From the IMG/VR virus record IMGVR_UViG_3300009435_000016, positions 1 through 43,280 of that record: a stretch of DNA of 43,280 nt, one strand, 5' to 3'. Numbering within the stretch: position 1 is the first letter of the stretch; every line of letters begins with the position of its first letter. Source of the stretch: a virus (lineage: Duplodnaviria > Caudoviricetes). The translations under genes and the position numbers were made by a program. The notes under the pieces were generated by a model that saw only the letters and a program-made list of their open reading frames with translations, searched no databases and had not been told where the DNA came from. This document shows positions 16,977-26,556 of the stretch, in pieces.

Positions 16977-19931
16977 TTAAGGCGCCCTGTGGTTAATTGC
17001 TGATACGATCCCTGCGAGCCATTTGCTTGCTGGTGCACTCTTGTTAGAGCGAATGATACGAATTAGCGTATTGGTTAGGTGACCACTGCAATGAGTACAC
17101 TCATAGAGGTGAACACCTCGCCCATCCTCATCGTGAGAATGTTTGTGGTGGTCTTGGTCGTGGAAGATGTACTCTGCGAGTGCTTCTTGCGGATTGGCTT
17201 GAGTCATGCATTGGTTGACAATGACATCGGCGGATGTCAGAATCTTTCCACCTACGTTGGCAGGTGTAAGGACATGCTTGCATACTGCGCTATGGGTTAC
17301 ACCCAATGCTGCGAGTACGACGTTGCCAGGGCTACTTAGTACACGGAATGCATTATTGATTCCGCTTTCGATGCCACGGCTATGTTCCAGAACCCAAATG
17401 GTTGTGGTTTCGTCGATGGTAAGGTCTGCTTGTTCAATAGCATGGTAGAGATTACCAGTTGCCTCGTCGATACGGCGGTATCGCTCTTCGGTGTCGTAGT
17501 TCTTTTCCATGATTTGAGCCCAGGCTTGGCCAAAGGCAGCAAGACCACATTTCTTGCGAAGTCCTTGCGTGTATACGTCAAGGTCTCCACCAGCAATGAT
17601 GTTGGCATGAATGCCTCGCTCTGCGAGCATTACAGGTAGAAGGTTAGCCAGAGGTACCGCTTCGGTTTCTAGGTGAAATTGGTCTTTGACCAATTGGAAG
17701 CTCTCGAATGCATAGTCATGACAGATATGTACGAGGTTGCCACCTCTCCAGCTAGTGCGAGCACTAGTGGGAATCCATTCGTCGATGCCAATGCGTTTGC
17801 CAGGCCAGCGCCATGCGCAAGGGTTGTCTTTGACAACAATTTCGCTTTTGGTTTCGCGGTCCCAGCCATTTTTGGCACAACCAGCATCGATGATGCGTTG
17901 GTTGAGCCATTTGTTCATCATCTCTAGAGGCAAGTCGCCTTCTTCGAGGTCTTCAGGGGTAAAGCGTACTTGACAGTGGTATTCGCCATTAGCGTCTTCG
18001 GTCCAGTTGGAACGAATAGCTGCAGCACGAAAGTCAGTCCACTCGGGTTTACGCTTAGCAGCGTCAACAGCCTCTTGAATGATTACGCTCATGGCATTGG
18101 CGCCTTCGATATCACCAATAGCAAGTAGTTGACTACGTGCATTGGTTGCGATACCGACAGGACCACGTTGATCCCAACGAAGGAATTCCAAGCCATCGGG
18201 ACTAGAGGAGTCATGATGGATTTTGATTCCTTCAGGTTCGATGTGGTAGACATTCTTGTCCACGAGATGGGTGAACAATTCAACCATATCGGGGTCGGTG
18301 CTAATGCCAACGATGTCACCATCGTCGTCGCCTTGCATTGCTACAGTGAGATCCTGAGGATTCATGAAGACAGTGCATTGGACAGGTTCATCACCACACT
18401 TTTGGTGTGCTGAAGGAGCCACTGCTACCAAGGTGCGTAGACCTTGAGACAGTACCATAGGGAAGCGGAATGCTGTAACTATGGATCCGGGACGTACGCC
18501 GGTAGCAACGATAGTACCTGGCTCGACAGTATTGTCGAGGATACAAATGCGTTGCTTGTAAGCGATACCCGCCCCTTGGGCGACGTGCCAAAGGATGCGT
18601 TCAAGCTTACCTTTGACGGCTTTGCGTAACATGGGGATTTGGGCAGCGTGTACAGGTGTGCCTGAATTGCTCATCAGTTTGACGAGCTGTACGACCTGCG
18701 CAGCGCGAGGATCGTCTTCAGTGATTTGACCGACGATACGGTCTACGCCACCTTTGCAGAGCTTAGCGAAAGCCTGATCGACTTTCTTCTTGATGATACG
18801 CACTGTAGTCTCATTGACTTCAATGTTTTCGATCATCTCGAAACAGCTCTTGAGTGTAGCGCGTGGATTGTTCCACACTTGCATGCAGCCAATGTACATA
18901 CCTTGTTGGAGGTAGACAGTGCCTTTCTCACGGTGAGCGAGTGCTTTCTCTTTCATTGACCCTTTGACTTGATTCCAGTCAAGGATAAACGCAGGTTGAT
19001 CAGCGCCTAGGCTCATGGGACGTACTGCTCCTTTGCAGAAGATTCCATGATTCGGATTGAGACCACGAATTTGCCAGCAGCAGATGCCATGCTTAGCAAT
19101 GAAGCCTGCAAAGGCAGGGTGGTCGACGTTCCAGATGCCACTACCGTCAGTACCAATGTCGTTTCCTTCTGGATCGACAAGTTCTTGGTATTGAACAGGG
19201 ATGTTAGCCCAGTATCCTTCGGGGAGTACTGCGCTATTGAGGCTATGGCCGTAAGCACTAAGGTTGACAGCATTGGGGAACATCTTGTTAAGGATGGCCC
19301 AGCCGCGACTTTGCATGTTCCAGCCTAGTCGTTCGCCTGATACTGCGATGTTATTAAGGTTCGCGGCATCCCATTCAGTGAGTGGGATTTCTTCACGAGC
19401 ATTAAGCTCTTTGCCAGTTAGTTCGTCACGCTTATGAGGTAGGAGGTTGACGAGTTGGAGAGCTACGGGTTGGTTTTGTAGACCATGAATGGTGTTGAGA
19501 GTTAGGCTAAGGAGGCCTGCACTACGCAACATCATATCGAAACGCCATTTCTGGACGTCTCTCATGCCTTCATTGCCATTGCCAGCGTCATACTTCTGTA
19601 GGAATTGACGATATTGTAGCACTGGTTCTGGGAGGTACAGACTACGATTGTGTACAGTAGCCGTGTACTTTCGTTGGAGACGAAGAATCATGTCGCCATG
19701 TTCTTTAGTGACAACGCCTAAGCTCCAATGATGGAGCAAGTCTACGTCATCTTCGGTGAAGATGTCTGAGAGTTCGTCGATGTCTTCGATAGTTTGTTGT
19801 TCTTCCATCGTGTAGCCGATGAGAGTAGCTTCTTCGGGACCGAAGCCGGAACCGATAAGTGCTTCGCAGTTGTATCGGTTGAGATTGTTGACGATTTTGA
19901 GTGCGCGCTTTGCGTGATCTTTAATGTGCAT
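16977..19931 (-). CDS. single-subunit two-barrel RNA polymerase (cellular RdRP / YonO-like)
   Basis: Ordered family motifs: TDGSG, WQIRG...CKG, AFRFP, catalytic MQGDDDGD (DxDGD), VGIATN, EAVDAAK; GGAGG RBS. Confidence 0.88.
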   Translation of the reverse strand: MHIKDHAKRALKIVNNLNRYNCEALIGSGFGPEEATLIGYTMEEQQTIEDIDELSDIFTEDDVDLLHHWSLGVVTKEHGDMILRLQRKYTATVHNRSLYLPEPVLQYRQFLQKYDAGNGNEGMRDVQKWRFDMMLRSAGLLSLTLNTIHGLQNQPVALQLVNLLPHKRDELTGKELNAREEIPLTEWDAANLNNIAVSGERLGWNMQSRGWAILNKMFPNAVNLSAYGHSLNSAVLPEGYWANIPVQYQELVDPEGNDIGTDGSGIWNVDHPAFAGFIAKHGICCWQIRGLNPNHGIFCKGAVRPMSLGADQPAFILDWNQVKGSMKEKALAHREKGTVYLQQGMYIGCMQVWNNPRATLKSCFEMIENIEVNETTVRIIKKKVDQAFAKLCKGGVDRIVGQITEDDPRAAQVVQLVKLMSNSGTPVHAAQIPMLRKAVKGKLERILWHVAQGAGIAYKQRICILDNTVEPGTIVATGVRPGSIVTAFRFPMVLSQGLRTLVAVAPSAHQKCGDEPVQCTVFMNPQDLTVAMQGDDDGDIVGISTDPDMVELFTHLVDKNVYHIEPEGIKIHHDSSSPDGLEFLRWDQRGPVGIATNARSQLLAIGDIEGANAMSVIIQEAVDAAKRKPEWTDFRAAAIRSNWTEDANGEYHCQVRFTPEDLEEGDLPLEMMNKWLNQRIIDAGCAKNGWDRETKSEIVVKDNPCAWRWPGKRIGIDEWIPTSARTSWRGGNLVHICHDYAFESFQLVKDQFHLETEAVPLANLLPVMLAERGIHANIIAGGDLDVYTQGLRKKCGLAAFGQAWAQIMEKNYDTEERYRRIDEATGNLYHAIEQADLTIDETTTIWVLEHSRGIESGINNAFRVLSSPGNVVLAALGVTHSAVCKHVLTPANVGGKILTSADVIVNQCMTQANPQEALAEYIFHDQDHHKHSHDEDGRGVHLYECTHCSGHLTNTLIRIIRSNKSAPASKWLAGIVSAINHRAP

Positions 19932-20009
19932 GGGTACCCTCCTACAGGTGCTATGCGTGGTACTGAAGAGTGAGATGTAAATCTCACTGGAAGTGTCGTC
20001 AAATGAATG

Positions 20010-20483
20010 CTATTTCTTAGTTCTTGGAAACATGCGAGCAAGCCATTGCTCTTCTTGTTTTTCCTTTTTGGTGTAGACGGTATGTCTGTTTTCAAAGCGT
20101 GAAGTGCAGGGTGGACCTGCTGCTTTTACTTGTTGACATACGGTACACATCAGTTGATAGTTGTAGTCTTTGTTGGTTCCGCCTCTGGCTTTGGGCATGA
20201 TGTGGTCGATAGTAAGCATACGACCGCACTTATCAGTGTAGAGATGGAAGAAGGCACTGCTCATTCTTCGCTCTTGTGCATTTGTTTGCAGTAGCATTTT
20301 AGTACCCTCACAGTCACAATATACGCAACGATTGTTGCTTCTAATGAGACGGTAGCGAGGGTTGTTTACTTTGACTCTATATCCGCTAACCTCAATCTCT
20401 GTTTTAGTCGTATCTAAAAGAGCTAGCGCTGCTGCCAGAGAATGGGTTGAGATTGTTGTGAGTTTTACGATGTGTGGGGGCAT
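20010..20483 (-). CDS. HNH endonuclease
   Basis: CVYC...LTIDHIMPKARGGTN..NYQLMCTVC; start likely MPPHIV. Confidence 0.85.
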   Translation of the reverse strand: MPPHIVKLTTISTHSLAAALALLDTTKTEIEVSGYRVKVNNPRYRLIRSNNRCVYCDCEGTKMLLQTNAQERRMSSAFFHLYTDKCGRMLTIDHIMPKARGGTNKDYNYQLMCTVCQQVKAAGPPCTSRFENRHTVYTKKEKQEEQWLARMFPRTKK

Positions 20484-20796
20484 GAGGAATCCTGCGGGGA
20501 TTACTAGAGCAGGCATGTAGTACACCAGTGTAGTACTGCCAGTACTTAGTATCTTGTTCGTGTTGGTGAGCCTCTACTTTTGCTTTAGCCTGGGCAATGC
20601 GATTTTTACACCAATCTGCATCAGAGACTGGAGGTGAATACACGAGTGCCTGTGGATTTAGTGTAGAGGGGTCTAGAGTGACCTGTGTAGGGGCTACAGC
20701 TACCATTGAGGTGTCTGGGTGTGGTGCAAGTAGGATTGCAAACAGCAGCCCCAGGAGGGCTGCTAGGAAGAGGTTCTTACGCTTGTTGTAGAACAT
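20404..20796 (-). CDS. membrane-anchored hypothetical protein
   Basis: Start moved to MFYNKRK (AGGA RBS); N-terminal TM; C-terminus overlaps HNH gene by about 80 nt. Confidence 0.6.
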   Translation of the reverse strand: MFYNKRKNLFLAALLGLLFAILLAPHPDTSMVAVAPTQVTLDPSTLNPQALVYSPPVSDADWCKNRIAQAKAKVEAHQHEQDTKYWQYYTGVLHACSSNPRRIPHAPTHRKTHNNLNPFSGSSASSFRYD

Positions 20797-20950
20797 GTTG
20801 ATTCCTGTCGGATGGTCCACCACATTGGGGACATGGCTTATCATTGTTACGAAGAGTGCCACAGTAGAAGCAATGCTTCGTAGGAGGCAATTGTGTCGAG
20901 TCGACTAGTACCCTGGGGGGTACTGGTACTGGTGCTAGTGGGAGAATCAT
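20777..20950 (-). CDS. small zinc-ribbon protein (57 aa)
   Basis: Not in track: MILPLAPVPVPPRV...CFYCG...CPQCGG; GAGG RBS. Confidence 0.6.
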   Translation of the reverse strand: MILPLAPVPVPPRVLVDSTQLPPTKHCFYCGTLRNNDKPCPQCGGPSDRNQHVLQQA

Positions 20951-20952
20951 GA

Positions 20953-21231
20953 TTAGCCTCGGTAGAGGTTACAGATACGGCGAACGAGTTTGGCTGCAAC
21001 GATAGTTGCTCCTGCTGGTGACTTGAGTGCAACATTAGTAGCTACAGCAACGAAGGTTGTATTATCGTAGGCTTTCGCAAGGTTTAGCATGGTAAGGAAA
21101 GTATGGGTAGTACCTTCCTTATCGCCAATGACTGTTTGGAGGTTGGCAACCTCATTAAGTAAGCGTAGTTCTTTGAGGAACGTACGGCTTAGTTGTGCTT
21201 CGCGTGATTGAGCAATGAATGCTGGTCTCAT
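20953..21231 (-). CDS. hypothetical protein
   Basis: 92 aa, TAATG overlap, GGAGG RBS. Confidence 0.65.
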   Translation of the reverse strand: MRPAFIAQSREAQLSRTFLKELRLLNEVANLQTVIGDKEGTTHTFLTMLNLAKAYDNTTFVAVATNVALKSPAGATIVAAKLVRRICNLYRG

Positions 21232-21431
21232 TATTCCTCCGGGAAGGTAAAGAGACTAGGGCCAGGATTGGCATCGGTGATGAGTTTAACGCAGGGAAGA
21301 CAGTACTTGAGGGTATTCTGTTGGATACCGTGGCGAGGGGTGCCATCGCTATGATGTAGTGGACCGCGACACGCTTGGCGTGAGCATTGTCCAGCTTGGT
21401 TCCAGATTTTTCGTTGTTCGTGCCAGTTCAT
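21231..21431 (-). CDS. small Zn-finger protein
   Basis: CSRQAC...H...YCLPC. Confidence 0.65.
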   Translation of the reverse strand: MNWHEQRKIWNQAGQCSRQACRGPLHHSDGTPRHGIQQNTLKYCLPCVKLITDANPGPSLFTFPEE

Positions 21432-21434
21432 GGT

Positions 21435-21770
21435 TTATCCTACGATTAGATGCCACATTATGGAGGAGAATGCAAAGGCTATGCACGCTAAGGTGATGTA
21501 TCCCCCAGTGAGGACAGTGAGAGGAAGAGTACGGGGAGGATACTCTTCTTTAGAGTCAAGCGCGATACTCTTTAGTCTTGCAGCTTTCCACTGCGCTTCA
21601 GCATCTTGTAGAGATTTGTTGAGAATTGCTTGTTCTGTTCTGTTGAATGCGTCAGCCATAGCACCTTCTATTGGATTTGTTGCTGCGAACCAGACATCAT
21701 CACCGTTGCTAGCGGTAAGTATGTCTTGGATTTTCATGTTGAAGAGCTTAGGAGGCATGAGTGCCAGCAA
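21435..21770 (-). CDS. hypothetical protein with C-terminal TM
   Basis: Coiled coil then hydrophobic tail; exact start uncertain. Confidence 0.55.
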   Translation of the reverse strand: MLALMPPKLFNMKIQDILTASNGDDVWFAATNPIEGAMADAFNRTEQAILNKSLQDAEAQWKAARLKSIALDSKEEYPPRTLPLTVLTGGYITLACIAFAFSSIMWHLIVG

Positions 21771-21851
21771 GTACTTGTCGGAAGATAGCGTTAACTAAGA
21801 ATGCACAGACGCCAATGAGAAGTGCTTCGGGATAAGTAATCATAGTGACTC

Positions 21852-22070
21852 CTAGAGACAGATGCGCAATGCTTGTTTAAGAGCATTGATACTGTTGTGT
21901 AGTTCGGTGATCTTGGCTTCTTGAGCGAGCGCAGTTTCCTCCATGTGGGTATTAAGGTCACGTAGCTCTTGGTTTTCTTTTGTTGTCTTGGCAAGCAGAA
22001 TTTCTTCTGGTGTTTTGTTGTCGGAGTTAGGCTCTTGATGAGGGGTAGTATTTTGGCCGGGCGTCCACAT
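21852..22070 (-). CDS. small coiled-coil protein
   Basis: Heptad pattern; AAGGA RBS. Confidence 0.65.
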   Translation of the reverse strand: MWTPGQNTTPHQEPNSDNKTPEEILLAKTTKENQELRDLNTHMEETALAQEAKITELHNSINALKQALRICL

Positions 22071-22132
22071 GCTGTGTCCTTGCTGTTAGTAAATGCTTTG
22101 AAAGCCCTGGCGTAAGCCAGGTAGCGTTAGTG

Positions 22133-22318
22133 CTAAGGGGTATTGAACTCCTTAGTACATTTCTTATCGAAGACTAGCTTGTTACCATGCAAGTGGCCTC
22201 CCTCTTGACAGTTTTGGCAACCAAATTCTGTATGGGTTACAAAGCTAGCTGTGTAGATTTTGTGTTCGTTGATGACGGCATCATCGTAGAGCATTGCAAG
22301 TGCTAGTGATTTATTCAT
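22133..22318 (-). CDS. hypothetical protein
   Basis: 61 aa, CxxC, follows a repeat module. Confidence 0.55.
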   Translation of the reverse strand: MNKSLALAMLYDDAVINEHKIYTASFVTHTEFGCQNCQEGGHLHGNKLVFDKKCTKEFNTP

Positions 22319-22402
22319 TGTTGTTGTTTTATCCTTTTTTTTGTGGCAGAGTTGCCATTAAAAAAGAGGTACCCGCCCCCTTAGTAGGAGACGGGTATGA
22401 GC

Positions 22403-23065
22403 TTAATTCTTGAGTGCTTTAGCCATCTTTAAGATGGCGTGTACTTCAGCGAGTTGGTTAGTAGCAATTGTTATCTGTGTTGCACCATGGACCATGTCTA
22501 CGTGGCTATCACCATCAACATGGTTGTGAGTGATACGACGCCAATTTTTTCTGTTGGTCTCAAGAGTAGTAATACGATCATTAAGATGAGCGATTACCTT
22601 GTTTAGTTGAGTATTGTCAGGTGCAGGTGCTTCGTCTGGTCGCGGCAAACGCTTTTTCATGCATTTCTTACAGACATGCCGATAAACAGCATATGTCTTA
22701 GGACCATAGAAGCAATGAGGATTGTCACAGGTTGCATCAGGTAGTGTTGGTGTTTCTGCAGTCTCTGCAGAAAGGATTTCTTTCATGATATGAATACAGA
22801 GAACCATCCATGCTTCGTTTGGAGGCGAGCCTATGGTGTCGGCTGCTCTGATTTGACGAAAGCTACGTGCCCAGGTTTGACTTATGTTGTTACCATAGCG
22901 AATGATAACAGAACGAGTTGTTGGACCTGTCTTGAAGTAAATGTCTAGAGGGTCTATTGTTAGAGCAGATACAGAGTAAGTACCGATGTATTTCTCTTTT
23001 TCTCTCTCGTTGTGTATTGAAGTGTAGGTAGGAGTGTTGAATAAGCGTGTAACTACGTAGTGCAT
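22403..23065 (-). CDS. hypothetical protein with internal Cys4 module
   Basis: CDNPHC...CKKC. Confidence 0.7.
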   Translation of the reverse strand: MHYVVTRLFNTPTYTSIHNEREKEKYIGTYSVSALTIDPLDIYFKTGPTTRSVIIRYGNNISQTWARSFRQIRAADTIGSPPNEAWMVLCIHIMKEILSAETAETPTLPDATCDNPHCFYGPKTYAVYRHVCKKCMKKRLPRPDEAPAPDNTQLNKVIAHLNDRITTLETNRKNWRRITHNHVDGDSHVDMVHGATQITIATNQLAEVHAILKMAKALKN

Positions 23066-23076
23066 GGTTTCATCCT

Positions 23077-23688
23077 TTAGAATTGGATATCAGCGTTGTT
23101 GTACGAGTGAATAACCTGAAGGATAGTTTTCTGTTTGTTGACGATGTCTTGTGTTGCATCGAGTAGTTGATTGAGGTTGCTAACCTTATAGATAGCTTGC
23201 GTGACTGAGCACGCCAGACCTTCTCTTTTGGTTACTGTACCGTTATCACGATGAATAACAGCTAGTAGGTTGTTGATGATAACAAGAGCAGCTTCATGCT
23301 CTTGTTGATAGTCGATATCACCGTTGTTGTAGGTAATGACGATGACGCCATCATGCCAATCGCTAAGGATGTATTCGTATTCGCCAACAAGGTGGTGAAT
23401 AACACGACGTTGATTGAAATTGAAGTCGCCTTTAATGATAGAAGGTTGACGATTTGAGTAGGTTGCAGTAACTGCGTCATCAACAAGTTTTTCTAGTTGT
23501 GCTTGAGTCCACTCAGTAGTGGTGGTCTCTGGGACAGTGAGCGATTGAATTGCTTTGGGTTCTCCACCGTGCATTGGGATACCATAGTCTCCTAAGCAGT
23601 CAGGGCATTCTTCTCGAAGAGGATGGAATCCTGCTTCTTTCGTTTGATTGTTTGAGCAGTGAGGGTCAGTGCATTTAGGGCTAGACAT
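23077..23688 (-). CDS. hypothetical protein with N-terminal Cys4 module
   Basis: CTDPHC...CPDC; AGGAG RBS. Confidence 0.7.
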   Translation of the reverse strand: MSSPKCTDPHCSNNQTKEAGFHPLREECPDCLGDYGIPMHGGEPKAIQSLTVPETTTTEWTQAQLEKLVDDAVTATYSNRQPSIIKGDFNFNQRRVIHHLVGEYEYILSDWHDGVIVITYNNGDIDYQQEHEAALVIINNLLAVIHRDNGTVTKREGLACSVTQAIYKVSNLNQLLDATQDIVNKQKTILQVIHSYNNADIQF

Positions 23689-23966
23689 TATATATCTCCT
23701 TTGAGGTTGTGAGCTTCTCTTGCCATTCTTTCGATGTCATGTTTGTCAGGGAGGTTAGCGGCGATAAACTTAGCATGATCTCCAAACCAACATTGTGTAT
23801 GTTTGTTATCAACGATAGGCAGGTTGGTGAAGTGTTGCTTGATGTAAGCTAGTCCTTGACAGTCAGCTTGTACGCTGGTTACGTGAAGTGCATCAACCCT
23901 TGGGTTGATTGCGGTACCTGTATGCCATTTGAAGTAACGTTGGCGGTCATAAATGATGTATATCAT
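23688..23966 (-). CDS. hypothetical phage protein
   Basis: 92 aa, TAATG coupling to the downstream gene. Confidence 0.65.
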   Translation of the reverse strand: MIYIIYDRQRYFKWHTGTAINPRVDALHVTSVQADCQGLAYIKQHFTNLPIVDNKHTQCWFGDHAKFIAANLPDKHDIERMAREAHNLKGDI

Positions 23967-23974
23967 TGCGTTGC

Positions 23975-24250
23975 CTAGTAAGGTGTGAAGGAAGCACCAT
24001 GAAGGTGCGTACGGCTGTTGACATTGTCGTCAGTGAGGAGTTGACCCTTAGGGGTAAGTAGGAGTGTGTTGTCTGTGACAGTGATCAGCTCTTGTTCAAG
24101 AGCTTGAGCTAGGGCTTTCTCCTCAATATCTAGGATGATGTTGACTGGAAGTTGTGCTTCTATCCATGGGATGTCCCCAAGGACATAAGTGAGTTCATTA
24201 CTGGTGGTTACTTTGACGCGCACATCTTTGATTACTCTAGACATTGGCAT
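23975..24250 (-). CDS. hypothetical protein
   Basis: 91 aa; C-terminal LLTPKG may indicate a winged helix. Confidence 0.55.
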   Translation of the reverse strand: MPMSRVIKDVRVKVTTSNELTYVLGDIPWIEAQLPVNIILDIEEKALAQALEQELITVTDNTLLLTPKGQLLTDDNVNSRTHLHGASFTPY

Positions 24251-24917
24251 TAACCCTACACTCTAGACAAGTTGGTGCAGAAGTATAGTGCGACCATGAT
24301 GGATTCTCAGAACAGTACTTGGTACAAGGTGTACCTTTATTGGCATCTGATACCCTTACAGTGTCTTTAGAAAGACACTGAGTACATATATGTCCACAAG
24401 ATAGTACTTGATTGAAGGGGTTGTTATCGCAGTTGGGATGTTTGCAGAGTTTCCAGTTGCTGTCTTGTTCTACAGGATCGTTCATTTGCTCGTGCAACAT
24501 GCTAATTCCTTTGATTGCCTCAGGATATGTTGCTTGTAATGCTGAACAACCTAAGCAGAGAGTTTTGCTTGTAGACTGATGATTACGAGAGCAATCCCAG
24601 TTGTAGCATGTAGAGTAGATAGCGTTAGTACCTTCGTCGAAGGGACAGTTTTCCTCTTCATTAGTCGGCGACAAACCTTTCTTTTCATCCATATCAGGTA
24701 ATCCTTTACTGTCCTTAAGACAGTTACTACATATATAAGGTGGGTATCCTTCATGTATGAAGGGGTAGTTGTTGTTACCGCAGTTGGGGTTGGGGCAGCA
24801 GTTACCTTGTTTGTGCCAGGGGATGGTGGTTTCCACCTGGGGTGTGCTGGTAGGTTCCTTAGCTAGTAGAGGTGGTTGCAGTCTCAAGCTGGCGTTGATG
24901 AAGTCATCGAATAGCAT
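24237..24917 (-). CDS. multi-zinc-finger protein (four Cys4 repeats)
   Basis: CPNPNC..CSNC, CYNWDC..CLGC, CKHPNC..CTQC, CTKYC..CLEC. Confidence 0.75.
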   Translation of the reverse strand: MLFDDFINASLRLQPPLLAKEPTSTPQVETTIPWHKQGNCCPNPNCGNNNYPFIHEGYPPYICSNCLKDSKGLPDMDEKKGLSPTNEEENCPFDEGTNAIYSTCYNWDCSRNHQSTSKTLCLGCSALQATYPEAIKGISMLHEQMNDPVEQDSNWKLCKHPNCDNNPFNQVLSCGHICTQCLSKDTVRVSDANKGTPCTKYCSENPSWSHYTSAPTCLECRVNANV

Positions 24918-25017
24918 GGTAGTACCTTAGTTATTGGTTAATACGGTCCCTTAGGGGACCATTAAAAAAGGGGTTAGTACCTGTTAGTGATATATGTAGG
25001 AGAGGGTTAGGGGCTTG

Positions 25018-25329
25018 TTATTTCTTGTGGTTACCTGGGGGTACCACGCTCCCTTTCTCCACCTTACATTCATTTGAGATTGTCTGGATTTCCTTAGTTT
25101 TCACTACTATTAGGTAGAGTTCATAACTTTTCGTCCGGCTGATATACGGCGTTCTAGTATATGTTTTGCTCTCCCGATAGGTGGTTTGTGGCCTGTAATT
25201 CCACTTATTTGCCTCGCGGAGTCCATAACTCTTCGATAACGTAGTTTGCTCGATTGAGCTATCTACTTTCTCCCTAGGGTAGAGAGACATAGGTTGTGAC
25301 CAACCTGGGCATAACCAAGGTTGGTCCAT
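25018..25329 (-). CDS. hypothetical protein
   Basis: 103-aa co-oriented ORF; weak RBS. Confidence 0.4.
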   Translation of the reverse strand: MDQPWLCPGWSQPMSLYPREKVDSSIEQTTLSKSYGLREANKWNYRPQTTYRESKTYTRTPYISRTKSYELYLIVVKTKEIQTISNECKVEKGSVVPPGNHKK

Positions 25330-25350
25330 TGAGTGCTTACGCGGAGGCTA

Positions 25351-26028
25351 TTATAGTTTCTCTGGCTGTGAGCATCGACTGCAGATGTTGCGGTCTCTGC
25401 TTGGTACGTAGTCAGTGATGAATCCAGTACAACGTTCATTGTAGAAGTTGAGCCGGACACATCTTGGTTTCTCGTCTTCTGATAGATAGTTACTATCTTC
25501 ATCCTTATCTGATAGGGTCTCAGTAATGGGGAATGCCGTTTCTTCAGTGACATCATCAGTGATGTCTTCGTCATCACTATGTGCAGCATAGACTGCTTTG
25601 TCAATACAGTCGTCACATACAATGTAGCCATTGAATGTGTTGAGGTTGATCTCGGTTTTACACTCGATACATGCGTACATGTTTGGTTGTGGCTCGCTAT
25701 CGCTCGCCGTTTCTACTGCGTTGGCAGTAGTTGTTGTCCCTTCGGGACAGGGTACAGAATTGGAGTCGCCCCTGCGGGGCTTGGGGTACATTGCGTTGAG
25801 TTGGGCCTCGTAACCGAGGCCGTTGGCCTTGGCATTACGAAAGTTGGAATGTTCATGCTTGAGGAGAGCAATGAGTAGTGCTCGGCGGAAATCCTTATCT
25901 CCGTTCTCATAAGCGATACTTAGACAGAATCTATCAATAGTATCTCCGATGGTAAGAGCAAGAGAGATGAACCAGTGTGTAGCCATAGCTACAAAGACTG
26001 TGAGTGTGTAGAAGAACTTGAGAATCAT
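25351..26028 (-). CDS. membrane-anchored acidic protein with Cys motifs
   Basis: Start moved to MILKFF (AGGA, after module); CIEC..CDDC and C..C..CSRC. Confidence 0.7.
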   Translation of the reverse strand: MILKFFYTLTVFVAMATHWFISLALTIGDTIDRFCLSIAYENGDKDFRRALLIALLKHEHSNFRNAKANGLGYEAQLNAMYPKPRRGDSNSVPCPEGTTTTANAVETASDSEPQPNMYACIECKTEINLNTFNGYIVCDDCIDKAVYAAHSDDEDITDDVTEETAFPITETLSDKDEDSNYLSEDEKPRCVRLNFYNERCTGFITDYVPSRDRNICSRCSQPEKL

Positions 26029-26093
26029 TGTATGTCCTGATGTTGCTGACGGAAGTGTCATTAAAAAGGTGGCCCCCTTGCGGGGGCCTTGGA

Positions 26094-26366
26094 CTAGACG
26101 TGACTTTTGTTGATGAGGTCGTGAACTACGCGATCCCTGTCAGTGACAGTTGTGCTGGTCGTAGCAAGCAGAGATTGGTGGTTTTCGTAGATGCGACTGT
26201 GAAGGTGCAGTTCCGTGTTCTTGACAGCATAGTCGCAGCATGGGGTGATCCAATAGACTTCGCAGTCATTCCAGAGTCCGGCAATGCGTTCAGCTTCAAC
26301 CTGGGTATCCGCTTCCACATAAGTAACAGTATCATCGTTATGAACGGCGTAGTAGATGTTATCCAT
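26094..26366 (-). CDS. hypothetical protein
   Basis: Start moved to MDNIYY (AAGGAG RBS). Confidence 0.7.
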   Translation of the reverse strand: MDNIYYAVHNDDTVTYVEADTQVEAERIAGLWNDCEVYWITPCCDYAVKNTELHLHSRIYENHQSLLATTSTTVTDRDRVVHDLINKSHV

Positions 26367-26376
26367 AATGAACTCC

Positions 26377-26466
26377 TTAGGGTAGTAGAGTAAGGTTGAT
26401 GGTGTAGAGCATGACAAGGAAGTGGTAAGCGAAGAGAGCTAGTAGACTGGTGAGGAGGTACTTCAT
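26377..26466 (-). CDS. small membrane peptide (29 aa)
   Basis: MKYLLTSLLALFAYHFLVMLYTINLTLLP; AGGA RBS after module. Confidence 0.55.
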   Translation of the reverse strand: MKYLLTSLLALFAYHFLVMLYTINLTLLP

Positions 26467-26556
26467 TGGCTAGTTCCTGTGTTATCTGTGAATAGATAGG
26501 CGTAAGCCTATCCGTTAAAAAAGGTGGGCCCCTTGCGGGGCCCTTGGTACTAGCTG

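Noticed and set aside
16977-19931. Multi-subunit RNAP beta-prime or reverse transcriptase
   Set aside because: No NADFDGD context and no YxDD RT motif set; motif order fits the RdRP/YonO family
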